A DNA stretch of 64,000 bases. Origin: a virus. Within the stretch, counting starts at the first letter, position 1; each line of letters opens with the position of its first letter. The translations under genes were made by a program, and so were the position numbers. Where the stretch lies: IMG/VR virus record IMGVR_UViG_3300024264_002047; one strand, given 5' to 3'. Shown one piece after another: positions 27,332 through 37,795 of this stretch. The notes beneath the pieces were generated by a model. It saw only the letters and a list, made by a program, of their open reading frames with translations, was not told the origin of the DNA and made no database searches.

Positions 27332-28635
27332 TGGAAGAGACTTTTAACCCAGGATATTGTACGATTGAATCTGCAGAGATTATTACTGCCGATAGAGAGT
27401 CTGAAATTATTACTGGTCTTATTGGTAGGTTTGATTTACAGCAGTCAATGGCCAACGGAACAATTACCGGTTCTATTGATGTTTTAGATGGTGTTGGTTT
27501 ATTAACAACATTGCCTATTAGAGCAGAAGAAAATTTAAAACTTAGACTTAAATCACACGACCTACAAACTGAACTTAATTTAGATTTACAGATAATAGAA
27601 ATAAGTAATGTTTCAATACAAAAAGAATCAGGCGATCAGTACGCTTATACATTACACTTTGTAACAAGGTCTTCTTGGCAAGCAATGACAAAGAATGTTA
27701 TTACTGCTTTCCGTTCCAAGTCCGCTTCTTATTGTGCAAAGCAATTATTTAAAACATACTTTAAGAAAAACCTTGGAAAGAATAGAACGTTTAATGTAGA
27801 AGACTCTGATGGAGAAATGAGAGTTATTATTCCTGACTATAATCCAATACAAGCAATGAAATTTCTTTGTGCCAAGGCGTTTACGAATAAATCTAAATCA
27901 TCTACGTTTCGTTTCTTTGAAACAGTTGATGGTTATAACTGGGTAACTGATGAATGGTTATTAGCAGAAGCAAATAATGCCGAAAGAAAATCATTAAAGT
28001 ATTCTCCTATCGTTGATCGTAATCCATTAGCAGGTCCTGTTATTATAGAAACATTATCTGAGTTCACTACTTCCAATCATGTTAATACATTAAAAGATTT
28101 AACAAACGGTGCGTATAAAAATTCAGTGATGGAAATTGATTTCACAACAAAAAAGAAAAGAGATTTCCATTACGACTATGTTAAAAAGAAAAGTAAGTAT
28201 AAAGGAATGCAAGGTAAAGTCGGTGGTGTTGTAGGTTTAAAACATACTGAAAGTTTTATTAAAGATACGTTCACTGAATCTAATGCACCGCAAAGTGTTG
28301 TGTATAGAGATTGGTCAGCTGCAGGCTTCGAACAGAAACCTGGGCAAATACCTCGCGGTGAACAACATATGACTGAGATTATTCAAAACAGAAGAGCTTA
28401 TCATTATCATTTAAATGAAAACATGTGTAATGCTGTGATTCGCGGTAGGTTAGATTTAAAGCCAGGTGAGGTAGTTGATTTAACAGTATTAGAACCTAAT
28501 GCTACTTTAGAAGGCGAACAGAATAAAAGATTAAGCGGTTACTATTTAATATATGCAACTTCACATAATATAGACGGTACTAATTTAGAAACAGAATTGG
28601 CAATGATTAAATTTGATTGGGAAACAGGCAGATGA
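27331..28635 (+). CDS. Putative baseplate hub protein (gp27-like)
   Basis: Position before gp5; FFET..G, SG.YLI...H pattern. Confidence 0.6.
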   Translation: MEETFNPGYCTIESAEIITADRESEIITGLIGRFDLQQSMANGTITGSIDVLDGVGLLTTLPIRAEENLKLRLKSHDLQTELNLDLQIIEISNVSIQKESGDQYAYTLHFVTRSSWQAMTKNVITAFRSKSASYCAKQLFKTYFKKNLGKNRTFNVEDSDGEMRVIIPDYNPIQAMKFLCAKAFTNKSKSSTFRFFETVDGYNWVTDEWLLAEANNAERKSLKYSPIVDRNPLAGPVIIETLSEFTTSNHVNTLKDLTNGAYKNSVMEIDFTTKKKRDFHYDYVKKKSKYKGMQGKVGGVVGLKHTESFIKDTFTESNAPQSVVYRDWSAAGFEQKPGQIPRGEQHMTEIIQNRRAYHYHLNENMCNAVIRGRLDLKPGEVVDLTVLEPNATLEGEQNKRLSGYYLIYATSHNIDGTNLETELAMIKFDWETGR

Positions 28636-30356
28636 ACACAGCAGATGGTTCAGGAATAGGACAACCACATTTCTTTATAGGAGTTGTGGAAAATAACGTA
28701 GATAAATCTTTTGAAGGAAAGATACAAGTTCGTGCGTTTGGTATTCATGGTACACACTCTGATATTTCTACAAAAGATTTGCCTTGGGCAATTTGTGCTT
28801 CAGGTAGTTACGATCCAAACAATCCACCCCCACCTTTAAATGCTTTTGTTTATGGAATGTTCCTCGATGGAAGAATGGCACAGCATCCATTAATACTTGG
28901 ATTAATCCCAGGTAAATATAACGAAGAGATGGATCCCATAAAAGATGGTTATGGAGTGATAGCAGAAAAGGATGGTGATCTATTAGGTGGTGATTTTGCA
29001 CCTCGACAATTTAACACAGGTGGCGGTCCTGATAAATTAGCAACAGGTGAAAGATTATTAGAAACTTATTTGTTAGCAATGGCAGCAAATAGAGTACACG
29101 ATCAAAAGATTGCGAATACAGATGAAACATGGTCAGAGCCATCACCAGCATATGCTGCCAAATATCCATTCAATAAAGTAATTAAAACAGGAAGACATAG
29201 TATTGAGATTGATGATTCTCCAGGGGCAGAGAGAATTATGATTCATCACAATAGTGGTTCTTATATTCAAATAGATGCAAAAGGATCTGTTACTGAAAGA
29301 GCTGAAGCAGATCGTTATGAAGTTAATATCGGAACGAAACATGAATCGTCAGGTCATAGTGTTGTTACGATTAATGGTAATGCGCATGTTTATGTAAAAG
29401 GTGATAAGACCGAAGAAATAGAAGGTGACTATCGAATGCTTGTTCATGGCAATGCCGAGTTTGGTGTTGGTGGACAAATGAATCTAAACGGTGGTGAACA
29501 AGTTCAGCTTCGTGGTGGTGATGTTAAGTTAGAAGCCAATGCAGGTATTATGACTGTATTTGGTAAAAAGGAAATACAGTTTGAATCTGTTAATCAATTA
29601 AACTTCGTTGCCAAGAATATTAAAAATACTGCCCTTAACACCTACGATGTATTCTCAACCAAGGCTATAAAGTTATCTACTCCTGGAGACATACATTTAT
29701 TTGGATCAAATATAATCAATACGGCTTCTGGGTTAATCCCACCAACACTGCTTACAGGGACTTCTGTTCCTACACCAGGATGGAGTTTAACAACACCGTT
29801 AATGAATATTGCTTCAGTATCAACTTCTCATACAGGAGTGTTTAATACAACTGCTATTAACTCCGGTATTATTACTTCAAGCAGTGTTGTGAATTCACCA
29901 TCAGTTATCGCAACGACGGTAGCAGCAACATCTGGTGACTTTACTACTTTGGGTGCACCACTTATGACGGCAACAGGTGCTGCATATAACGGAGCTTATC
30001 GTCCACCAGTTGTAAGTGTATCAATACCAAGTGTACCTGCATTATTACCTCCTGCACAATCTGCACCAGTAGTTGCACCGTTACCTGGGATTACTTCAGG
30101 TTGGGCGTATCCTACAGGTAATAGCCCAGAGTTTCTCGCTAAGGTATTAAATCCTGCATCTGCATTCCTTGCTATTGTTGCCGACTTTGTTCCAATTGAT
30201 CTTGGAGCATGGGGTATGACATTATCTAAAATGCCTGAACCTCCTGGGAAGTCAACTTCTATTATTCCTAAAGGTTATTTCGCAATGGGTCATGCATCAG
30301 GCGTTCTTGCACCACTTGATGATTCTGCAACTAACTCTGATATAGGAGGCGTGTAA
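28632..30356 (+). CDS. gp5: Baseplate central spike (OB fold + beta-helix), no lysozyme domain evident
   Basis: FIGVVE, VRAFG.H, LPWA, G.FLDG...Q.P, YP.NKV, H..E.DD.PG.ER..H.SG. Confidence 0.85.
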   Translation: MNTADGSGIGQPHFFIGVVENNVDKSFEGKIQVRAFGIHGTHSDISTKDLPWAICASGSYDPNNPPPPLNAFVYGMFLDGRMAQHPLILGLIPGKYNEEMDPIKDGYGVIAEKDGDLLGGDFAPRQFNTGGGPDKLATGERLLETYLLAMAANRVHDQKIANTDETWSEPSPAYAAKYPFNKVIKTGRHSIEIDDSPGAERIMIHHNSGSYIQIDAKGSVTERAEADRYEVNIGTKHESSGHSVVTINGNAHVYVKGDKTEEIEGDYRMLVHGNAEFGVGGQMNLNGGEQVQLRGGDVKLEANAGIMTVFGKKEIQFESVNQLNFVAKNIKNTALNTYDVFSTKAIKLSTPGDIHLFGSNIINTASGLIPPTLLTGTSVPTPGWSLTTPLMNIASVSTSHTGVFNTTAINSGIITSSSVVNSPSVIATTVAATSGDFTTLGAPLMTATGAAYNGAYRPPVVSVSIPSVPALLPPAQSAPVVAPLPGITSGWAYPTGNSPEFLAKVLNPASAFLAIVADFVPIDLGAWGMTLSKMPEPPGKSTSIIPKGYFAMGHASGVLAPLDDSATNSDIGGV

Positions 30357-30357
30357 A

Positions 30358-31920
30358 ATGGCAGGCGTATGTATAGATCCTAATGATCAAGTTACACTAA
30401 ATAAGTTATCGTTAAAACCTGTAAACGTTACAGATCTAAAAGGAAGATATACTCTTTCTCAAATTGATGCAGTAACTCAACAAGTTGCGGATAGTATTGC
30501 TAATGATGCAGAATTAAACCCATTAACAAAAGCAACAAGTTTATACGGAGATGATTTAGGTTTATCAAATAATTACTTAAATGGATTGCTTCGTCAGAGT
30601 ATAGGAGATCTTGGTGGTTACCCTGACCTTCAAGGAAGATGGGACCGAGGAAATATTTCTCAACTTGAAACTGCTGACTTTATTCAGAGATATAATTATA
30701 CTCCTCAAGGTTTAATGAATGAAAATGATTATCAGAGATTGGCAAGGAATTTAGATTCTTATTATAAAAACGATTTCAGTACAAGTTTATTAGGTGGATT
30801 CTGCGATAGGTTTGATTCTATCTTTTCTTCTATTGATGCGTTCTTTGATTTAATTGGAGTTGTAGATGGTCTAATTACAGATGCTTTAGCAATTGCTGAT
30901 AAGATCAGTAGAGGATACGATGGAATTAAAGATCTTACTGTTCAAGAAATCATTGATAAACTAATTAAAGAAATTAAGAAAAAGGTTAAAGCCGTAATTA
31001 ACCAAGTCTTTGCAGAAGTACAAGATATGGTTGATAATTTCGATCCTGCTGCTATTACAGAAGGCTTTGAAACATTTGTAGATGCTAAAGTTGTAAAAGG
31101 TATTATGACAGTACGAGAACAGACCTGTGCGTTCTTTACCGAAGAGAATAAGAAAGGTATTACAGATAAAGTTGGTGGGCTGATTGATTACGCAAAAAGT
31201 TTATTCGAGAGTCCTGGTATCGAAGAGATTCAGTTCCTTATTGCTCGTGTTTGTGCACTTGCAGCGAATGTAGAGGCTTTAATAAGGGACATTAATAAAC
31301 CGTTGAGCGATTATACCAACCGATATACAACCATCGTAAACAGGCTTAAAACGATTTCAAGGATCAACGAATCTTCGGCAATCAAAGCAGGAGCTATACG
31401 GTATTCTCCAACAACTAGGAAAGAGGTAATAAATAGATTAGAAGGTAGATGGACTTTGGCTGGTGGAGATGCAATAACTAACACAGGTGAGCCACCAAAA
31501 AACATCGCCCCTATTACTGCTGCGGATTATAGAGATCTGCCAAGGTGTGGTAATGTATTCGCAGGCGCAGACTCAGATATAGGTTTGGGTCCAAGTGGAA
31601 GTATTAACCACTTTGATGCAAAAGAAGGTGTTGGAATATATGGATATACAAGAGTCGATCTTGATGTTAAAGTATATCTTAAAAGATTAAAGTTATTAAC
31701 AGGCAGTAAACTTATCATAACAAATGGTTGGGTAAGTAAAGCTTATAACACAGAACAAAAATGGGCAGAAGACAATTCCCATTTAAGTGGAATGGTAGTT
31801 GATATTAAAAAGGATATGGCTGACGTTCCAAAGTTTTTAGAAGACGCGTTTACTACAGGATTTAAATACGTTAAAGAATACGATGATTTCATTCATTTAG
31901 ATTTAAGAGAAATATTATAA
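30358..31920 (+). CDS. Structural protein with C-terminal peptidase M15-like domain
   Basis: C-terminal S.H..G..VD and FIHLD zinc-ligand motifs. Confidence 0.6.
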   Translation: MAGVCIDPNDQVTLNKLSLKPVNVTDLKGRYTLSQIDAVTQQVADSIANDAELNPLTKATSLYGDDLGLSNNYLNGLLRQSIGDLGGYPDLQGRWDRGNISQLETADFIQRYNYTPQGLMNENDYQRLARNLDSYYKNDFSTSLLGGFCDRFDSIFSSIDAFFDLIGVVDGLITDALAIADKISRGYDGIKDLTVQEIIDKLIKEIKKKVKAVINQVFAEVQDMVDNFDPAAITEGFETFVDAKVVKGIMTVREQTCAFFTEENKKGITDKVGGLIDYAKSLFESPGIEEIQFLIARVCALAANVEALIRDINKPLSDYTNRYTTIVNRLKTISRINESSAIKAGAIRYSPTTRKEVINRLEGRWTLAGGDAITNTGEPPKNIAPITAADYRDLPRCGNVFAGADSDIGLGPSGSINHFDAKEGVGIYGYTRVDLDVKVYLKRLKLLTGSKLIITNGWVSKAYNTEQKWAEDNSHLSGMVVDIKKDMADVPKFLEDAFTTGFKYVKEYDDFIHLDLREIL

Positions 31921-32340
31921 ATGTCAATAGCAGAGTACTTATCGCCTAAAAAGAAAAAGGTAAATCTTTATACGGACTTCCATAAGGATCTTCGTATTAG
32001 TCCTGTGTCAAAAGATATTGCATTACAAAAAGATGAGACAGCAGTTAAAGACGCAATTAAAAATCTTATATTAACCGATCGTGGTGAACGACCAATGCAA
32101 CCATACTTAGGTGGCAATATTCGTGATATGCTTTTTGAGAATCTAACACCAGGAACGCTCAAACTAATTAAAGACAGAGTAACATCTACAATTACGACTT
32201 ACGAACCAAGAGCAAGTTTAATTGACGTATTTGTTTCGGGAGATCTCGACGCAGGAATCGTTAATGTTAAAATTACTTTTTATGTTCGTAACGAGCAACA
32301 ACCAATTTCATTAGATGTTATATTAAAAAGGAATAGATAG
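31921..32340 (+). CDS. gp25: Baseplate wedge subunit
   Basis: NLILT..GERP..P..G, LFE, YEPR. Confidence 0.93.
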   Translation: MSIAEYLSPKKKKVNLYTDFHKDLRISPVSKDIALQKDETAVKDAIKNLILTDRGERPMQPYLGGNIRDMLFENLTPGTLKLIKDRVTSTITTYEPRASLIDVFVSGDLDAGIVNVKITFYVRNEQQPISLDVILKRNR

Positions 32341-32342
32341 AG

Positions 32343-34226
32343 ATGGCAAATCCAAAAACACCAATTACTGAATTAGATTTCGAAAGAATCAAAGATCAGT
32401 TTAAGGTATATCTTCAAACGCAAACACAATTCAAGGACTACAACTTTGAAGGTTCTAACCTGTCTGCTTTACTTGATGTACTTGCTTTTAATAGTTACAA
32501 TAATAACTTCTATACGAACATGGCTCTCAACGAAATGTTTCTTGACTCTGCCGTCCTTAAGAACTCTATCGTTTCTCATGCTAAAGAATTAAACTATATT
32601 CCTCGTTCACGTAAATCTTCTAAAGCAATTGTTAATTTAAGAATTGAAGATACAGTCACGCAAGATTCAACAATCTCAATTCCTCAGTACTTTGCTTTAT
32701 CTGCTAATTATCAAGGTGAATCATATAACTTTGTAACAGAACAATCATATACAGCAAGAAGAACAGCTCCTGGTGTATTTGAAGTACAAGATGTAGAAAT
32801 GTTTGAAGGAGAAATGTTAACAAGTTTCCAAAGAGAAGGATTTATTGTTGATGCGGATGGTGTACTTAGAGTATACCTTACAAACAATGAAGTAGACACA
32901 AATTCAATTGTTGTATTTGTTGATGCAGAAGCAACTGACGATGCAAACGTATTCCAAAGAGCCAATACAATTTATGGTGTTAAACCATTAGATAAAGTAT
33001 TCTATCTTGAACCTTATCTTGATGAAAAGTATTCTATTTACTTTGGTAAGAATCAATTTGGTTTACAACCTCAAGAGTTTGAAGATGTAAGAGTACGTTA
33101 TAGAATCTGTTCAGGAGAAGAACCAAATGGAGCAGATACTTTTGGTCAAACATTTATTGGTGAAAACGGAACCGTCTCTGCTACTGTCGTTGCTGCGGCA
33201 ACAGGTGGACAAGAACGTGAATCAATGGAAAGCATTCGTTACTTTGCTCCTAAGGCATTACAAGTTCAAGAACGAGCAGTCACAACAAAAGATTACGAAA
33301 TATTATTACAACAAGCATTCCCTGAAATTACAGCGGTCTCTGCTTACGGTGGTGAACAATTAGATCCACCTCAATTTGGTCGAGTTGCGATTTCAGTATT
33401 TCTAAATGACAATACAAGAATCATATCCTCAACATTATCTAATTCATATATTGCTTATTTAAAAGAAAGAGCTCCATTAGGTATTGAACCAATCTTTAAA
33501 CAAACTGAATTCGTTTATGCTGATATGGAAGTAAGTGTAAATTACAGTAAAAAGAATACAGAGAAATCTGCTTCTGATTTAGAATTACTTGTACGATCAG
33601 CAATACAAAAATATTCAGATGACAACTTAGAATCTTTTGATAAAACTTTAAGATCATCTAAACTATCAGGAATCATTGATGCATTAGATACAGGTATATT
33701 AAGTAATGAAATTCATGCTGTTCCTATTATTGAATATTCACCGCCACTTAATTTTAACACTAACCCGACATTCAGATTTGAGAGTGTCTTAGTTAGACCA
33801 TACGCTTATAAAGCAGCAAACGGTTTTGCGAATTATAAGCCTGCGATTAAATCATCTCCGTTTGATATTGATGGACTTTGTGTATTCTTACAAGATGATG
33901 GTAACGGAAACATTATGATAATAACAGATGACGTTACTAATCCACAAATTATTAATCCTACCGCAGGAACAGTTGATTACGTTAAAGGTGAAGTTAAATT
34001 AACAAACTTTAAAGTAGAAGCGTTCAATGGTTCAGCAATTAAGATAACTGCAAAGACAATCGAAAATGATATTAAAGCCCCACAGGGAAGAGTCTTTATA
34101 TTGAGAGACACAGATATTAAAATAGTTATGGACCTGGTTGAATCTGGAGGAAGAGCAACTGCATCGCAAGCCGCGGCCTCTACTTCAAATACATTGACGT
34201 CAACAGGATCTGGCTCAGCTTATTAA
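32343..34226 (+). CDS. gp6: Baseplate wedge subunit
   Basis: LDF..IK, DYNFEGS, NEMFLDSA, RAVT..DY, GTVDY..G. Confidence 0.94.
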   Translation: MANPKTPITELDFERIKDQFKVYLQTQTQFKDYNFEGSNLSALLDVLAFNSYNNNFYTNMALNEMFLDSAVLKNSIVSHAKELNYIPRSRKSSKAIVNLRIEDTVTQDSTISIPQYFALSANYQGESYNFVTEQSYTARRTAPGVFEVQDVEMFEGEMLTSFQREGFIVDADGVLRVYLTNNEVDTNSIVVFVDAEATDDANVFQRANTIYGVKPLDKVFYLEPYLDEKYSIYFGKNQFGLQPQEFEDVRVRYRICSGEEPNGADTFGQTFIGENGTVSATVVAAATGGQERESMESIRYFAPKALQVQERAVTTKDYEILLQQAFPEITAVSAYGGEQLDPPQFGRVAISVFLNDNTRIISSTLSNSYIAYLKERAPLGIEPIFKQTEFVYADMEVSVNYSKKNTEKSASDLELLVRSAIQKYSDDNLESFDKTLRSSKLSGIIDALDTGILSNEIHAVPIIEYSPPLNFNTNPTFRFESVLVRPYAYKAANGFANYKPAIKSSPFDIDGLCVFLQDDGNGNIMIITDDVTNPQIINPTAGTVDYVKGEVKLTNFKVEAFNGSAIKITAKTIENDIKAPQGRVFILRDTDIKIVMDLVESGGRATASQAAASTSNTLTSTGSGSAY

Positions 34227-34241
34227 TAAGAGAGAACAATA

Positions 34242-37200
34242 ATGCCTCAGGGTGAAATAGAAAAAAACATATCGCTTTTTGTTAAGCGCCAATTCCCAGC
34301 AATATATAGGGAAGATGGACCTGAGCTTGTGCAATTAGTAGAGGACTATTATAAGTGGTCTGAAACTCAAGAGAATCAGCATCTATACCAATCAAGACGT
34401 TTATTTGAAACTAAAGATATAGATACAACATTAGAGAGTATGATTATACTCTTCAAGAAAAAGTTTCTTGCTGATCTTCCTCTCAAAGCAGATCTTATTA
34501 AATTCATTATTAAAAATATCCTTGATCTTTATCGTGCAAAAGGTACAGCTCGAGGTATTGAATTATTCTTTGCTATATTCTATCAAGAGTTTGATATTGA
34601 AATCACGTATCCTTCTGCCAAGATGCAAAAGATTTCTGATTCAGAATGGAAGCAAGGTGTATACTTACAAATGTTTCCAAACAATAATCTATTCACGTCC
34701 AAGACTGGAAAGGAATACGAATATTATGATCTATTAGCACGTAACATCGAAGGTGCGGTTACAAAAGCAAAGGCTTCAGTACGATCAGTTAACTTCTTTG
34801 TTTTAAATGGTGTTAAAACTCCTGTCATATATCTCGATGGTATTCAAGGTACATTTAAAAAGTACGAAGATATCATTACTAATATTAATGGAGAGGTTGT
34901 TAGTTTTGGTAAAGCAAACGGATCTCTATCATCCTTTACAGTTGATGAAACAGATACTAATGCGGCAACAAGAAGAAAGGTTGGTGAAGTATTTGAAGTA
35001 AGACAAAAGAACGCTTACGCAGGTACCGCAATTGTTACTAAAGTTTCAACTGATGTCTCAGGAGAAGTTCAATACGATTTAAAAGATGGTGGTTATGGTT
35101 ACACAATAGCCAACACAAGACTAATTGTTTCTGACCAATCTATTATTTTAAATAATGGAGAGACAGGATACGATCAGCAATTTATTATTGGAGAATCAAT
35201 ATCAGATGCATTTGGTAATATAGGTACTGTCGTTGGACAGAACGAAAGTGTTCTTGGTTTTAAAATGACAGCAGGTCAGGAGATGCAAGATCTAAGTATC
35301 GTTACGTCTGCAACTTCAGGTTTAACAATTGATCTCTCTGATGTTGAAAATCAGCTTACAGGACTTAATGCCACTTCACCCGGTTTACAGTTTGCCGATA
35401 CAGGAAGCGCTAACGATGTAAAGATTGGGAGTTTAACAGATACTTCGGTTGCTTCTGTTATTACAGATCCAATCACTCCTTATTTAAATATTACACTTGA
35501 TGCAGCGGATTATGGAGCAACTACTCCAATGTCAGGTACGGCATCACCTGTTCTTATATCAACTCCATTAGATGAAGCTTTTGATATTCAAGATTTAACA
35601 ATCGGAAGAATTAATTCGTTTGAGAATCTTAACCCAGGATCAAATTATAAGAACGATGTATTTGCTCTTCCTCAAGATTCTCTAATTAAAAATCTCGATC
35701 GTAAGAATCAAAAAATATTATTCTCAGATGCGGGTGACGCAGGTAGTTTCTCAATAGGTGATAGAATACAAGGTACTACTTCTAATGTGATTGGAGTAAT
35801 TCAAGATATTAACCAATCAGCCGGATTTATAACGGTTGTACCATTTAATTATTATGGACTTAATTCAGACGAAGATATTTTATTAGTTAACGCACCAGGT
35901 AATGATTTCAATGTTGCTATTATTCAAGATGACTTTGAAGATTACAAAAGATTTGGTGATAACGCAATCATGCAAGCTACAACAGAATTTGCTGTAGGAA
36001 AGGTTGAAGAAGTTACTATTGTTAATTCAGGATTTGGATATGTTGGGTACGACCCAGTATTAGTTAATTACGACACCTTAGAGTTTCAACAAGGCAAAGG
36101 TCAATTAAGAGATTCAGATGGAAACACAATCGTAGAAGGATTTATTCAAGCTGAAAATCAAGGAAGCACTGCAGGTTATTGGGCAGGACAAAATTCTCAC
36201 TTAAGTGGTTACAAACAATTAAGTTCTACAACTGTTGATATTTTACTTCCAACAGGCAGCTTGGCATACGCAGCAACATTGATGGTATTTGGAGCTGATC
36301 CTACAACTTCTGTCGCTGGTCTTAGTGATGGTGTTGAACCTTGGTTAAGAAGTACGGCTTCGGATGGATATCCAATATATGATTTAAGTAAACAAGGATT
36401 GGCACTAACTGCTGCAACTGGTATATGGTTAAACCAAATCAAAGATGGAACTGCTGCAGATTCAATTAAACAAAGATGGACTGATATTGTTGTTCCTTCT
36501 TTGAAGACTCAATTCTGGTATCCTACACAAGATCTTATAGTGTACACTATTGATGATACGGTAACAACATACGAACAAGAATATATTGATTCCGGAATGA
36601 GAATACAAGATAGTGATTTCTATCAAGAGTATTCATATCAAATTAAATCAACGTTACCTTTACAAGAATATGAAAAACTATTAAGAGAGAATGTTCACCT
36701 AGCAGGTTCAAAACTATTTGGTGACTTTATATTTAAAGCCTATGCAGGCGGATCTATTAAACAAAGATTCTTAAGAAAGTTCAACGACCAAGGTCAAGGT
36801 TCTCCATTCGACCAAGCAGACATCGAGAACTTAAGAGCTTCCGTTACCAACTATACTTCTGATAGTACATTTGTTGCTGCCGACCATATTCCTGGAGGAA
36901 CAGGTGGATTAACATTAGTTGAAGGTTCAGCGGGTGATCTAACAATTACAAGACAATGGGATCAAGGATTCCATGATTACGAAGTTACTGTTGGAATGCC
37001 AACTACAGGAACAGGTCCTTACCCAGTTGCGATCTTATTACATGGTAATGGTGGAACTGGTGAGGGAATGGTTAACTCATGGAAAGATGATTTACCAGGA
37101 CATATATTAATTGGTATACAAGGATTTGTTAATTCTTGGAACGTTTCAATGGAAATCAGTAATGGTCCTGACATTGATATGATAGTAGAAATGATTGCCA

Positions 37201-37754
37201 AGCTGAAAATATATAATAACGTTGATGAAACCAAGATTCGTATTCTAGGACAATCAAACGGTGGTGCTCTTGCGCTGAGAGCAGCAATTGAAATAAGAGA
37301 TCTGAGTGTTGATGTAATTGCTTGTTTAATATCTCAAACGAATACAGATCAATATAGAGACAGCAGATTCTATTATCCTTCTAATGAATTGGAAACAGGT
37401 GATAACTATCCTAACGATGGATATGATCAGTTTAGAAACCCAATACCACAAAGAAGAATATTACAACTTAACGGAATGCAAGACTTTACTGTACCGTTCG
37501 TTGGTGGTGGAAGTAATATTATTGCCAACAGCCCAACGTTCTTAAGTGCAAATGATTCGTCTTATAGATTCGCGCAAGCAACTAATTATACTGGGTTCCA
37601 ATTAACAGGCGGTTTCGCATACGGCGCAAATAGTAGGATTAGTGATTACGGTAAAGTAGTATGGATGAGAGATCAAGCAGGTCACACAGTAACTGCGGAT
37701 ATGCGAAGACTAATCAACAAATACTTTGAGAATGATTTCGACACAACATATTAA
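34242..37754 (+). CDS. gp7-like baseplate wedge protein with C-terminal alpha/beta hydrolase
   Basis: QFP..YRE, Y..KGT, QDS.FYQEYSY, H.AG..LFG motifs; then LHGNGG, GQSNGG, D.TVP, GH. Confidence 0.7.
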   Translation: MPQGEIEKNISLFVKRQFPAIYREDGPELVQLVEDYYKWSETQENQHLYQSRRLFETKDIDTTLESMIILFKKKFLADLPLKADLIKFIIKNILDLYRAKGTARGIELFFAIFYQEFDIEITYPSAKMQKISDSEWKQGVYLQMFPNNNLFTSKTGKEYEYYDLLARNIEGAVTKAKASVRSVNFFVLNGVKTPVIYLDGIQGTFKKYEDIITNINGEVVSFGKANGSLSSFTVDETDTNAATRRKVGEVFEVRQKNAYAGTAIVTKVSTDVSGEVQYDLKDGGYGYTIANTRLIVSDQSIILNNGETGYDQQFIIGESISDAFGNIGTVVGQNESVLGFKMTAGQEMQDLSIVTSATSGLTIDLSDVENQLTGLNATSPGLQFADTGSANDVKIGSLTDTSVASVITDPITPYLNITLDAADYGATTPMSGTASPVLISTPLDEAFDIQDLTIGRINSFENLNPGSNYKNDVFALPQDSLIKNLDRKNQKILFSDAGDAGSFSIGDRIQGTTSNVIGVIQDINQSAGFITVVPFNYYGLNSDEDILLVNAPGNDFNVAIIQDDFEDYKRFGDNAIMQATTEFAVGKVEEVTIVNSGFGYVGYDPVLVNYDTLEFQQGKGQLRDSDGNTIVEGFIQAENQGSTAGYWAGQNSHLSGYKQLSSTTVDILLPTGSLAYAATLMVFGADPTTSVAGLSDGVEPWLRSTASDGYPIYDLSKQGLALTAATGIWLNQIKDGTAADSIKQRWTDIVVPSLKTQFWYPTQDLIVYTIDDTVTTYEQEYIDSGMRIQDSDFYQEYSYQIKSTLPLQEYEKLLRENVHLAGSKLFGDFIFKAYAGGSIKQRFLRKFNDQGQGSPFDQADIENLRASVTNYTSDSTFVAADHIPGGTGGLTLVEGSAGDLTITRQWDQGFHDYEVTVGMPTTGTGPYPVAILLHGNGGTGEGMVNSWKDDLPGHILIGIQGFVNSWNVSMEISNGPDIDMIVEMIAKLKIYNNVDETKIRILGQSNGGALALRAAIEIRDLSVDVIACLISQTNTDQYRDSRFYYPSNELETGDNYPNDGYDQFRNPIPQRRILQLNGMQDFTVPFVGGGSNIIANSPTFLSANDSSYRFAQATNYTGFQLTGGFAYGANSRISDYGKVVWMRDQAGHTVTADMRRLINKYFENDFDTTY

Positions 37755-37755
37755 C

Positions 37756-37763
37756 AATAAATA
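37756..37763 (+). promoter_or_regulatory. Late promoter variant
   Basis: AATAAATA in intergenic gap; same variant at 41567 and 62277. Confidence 0.45.
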
Positions 37764-37795
37764 TTTAATTAAAGATAAATTAGGAAAGAAGAGCT

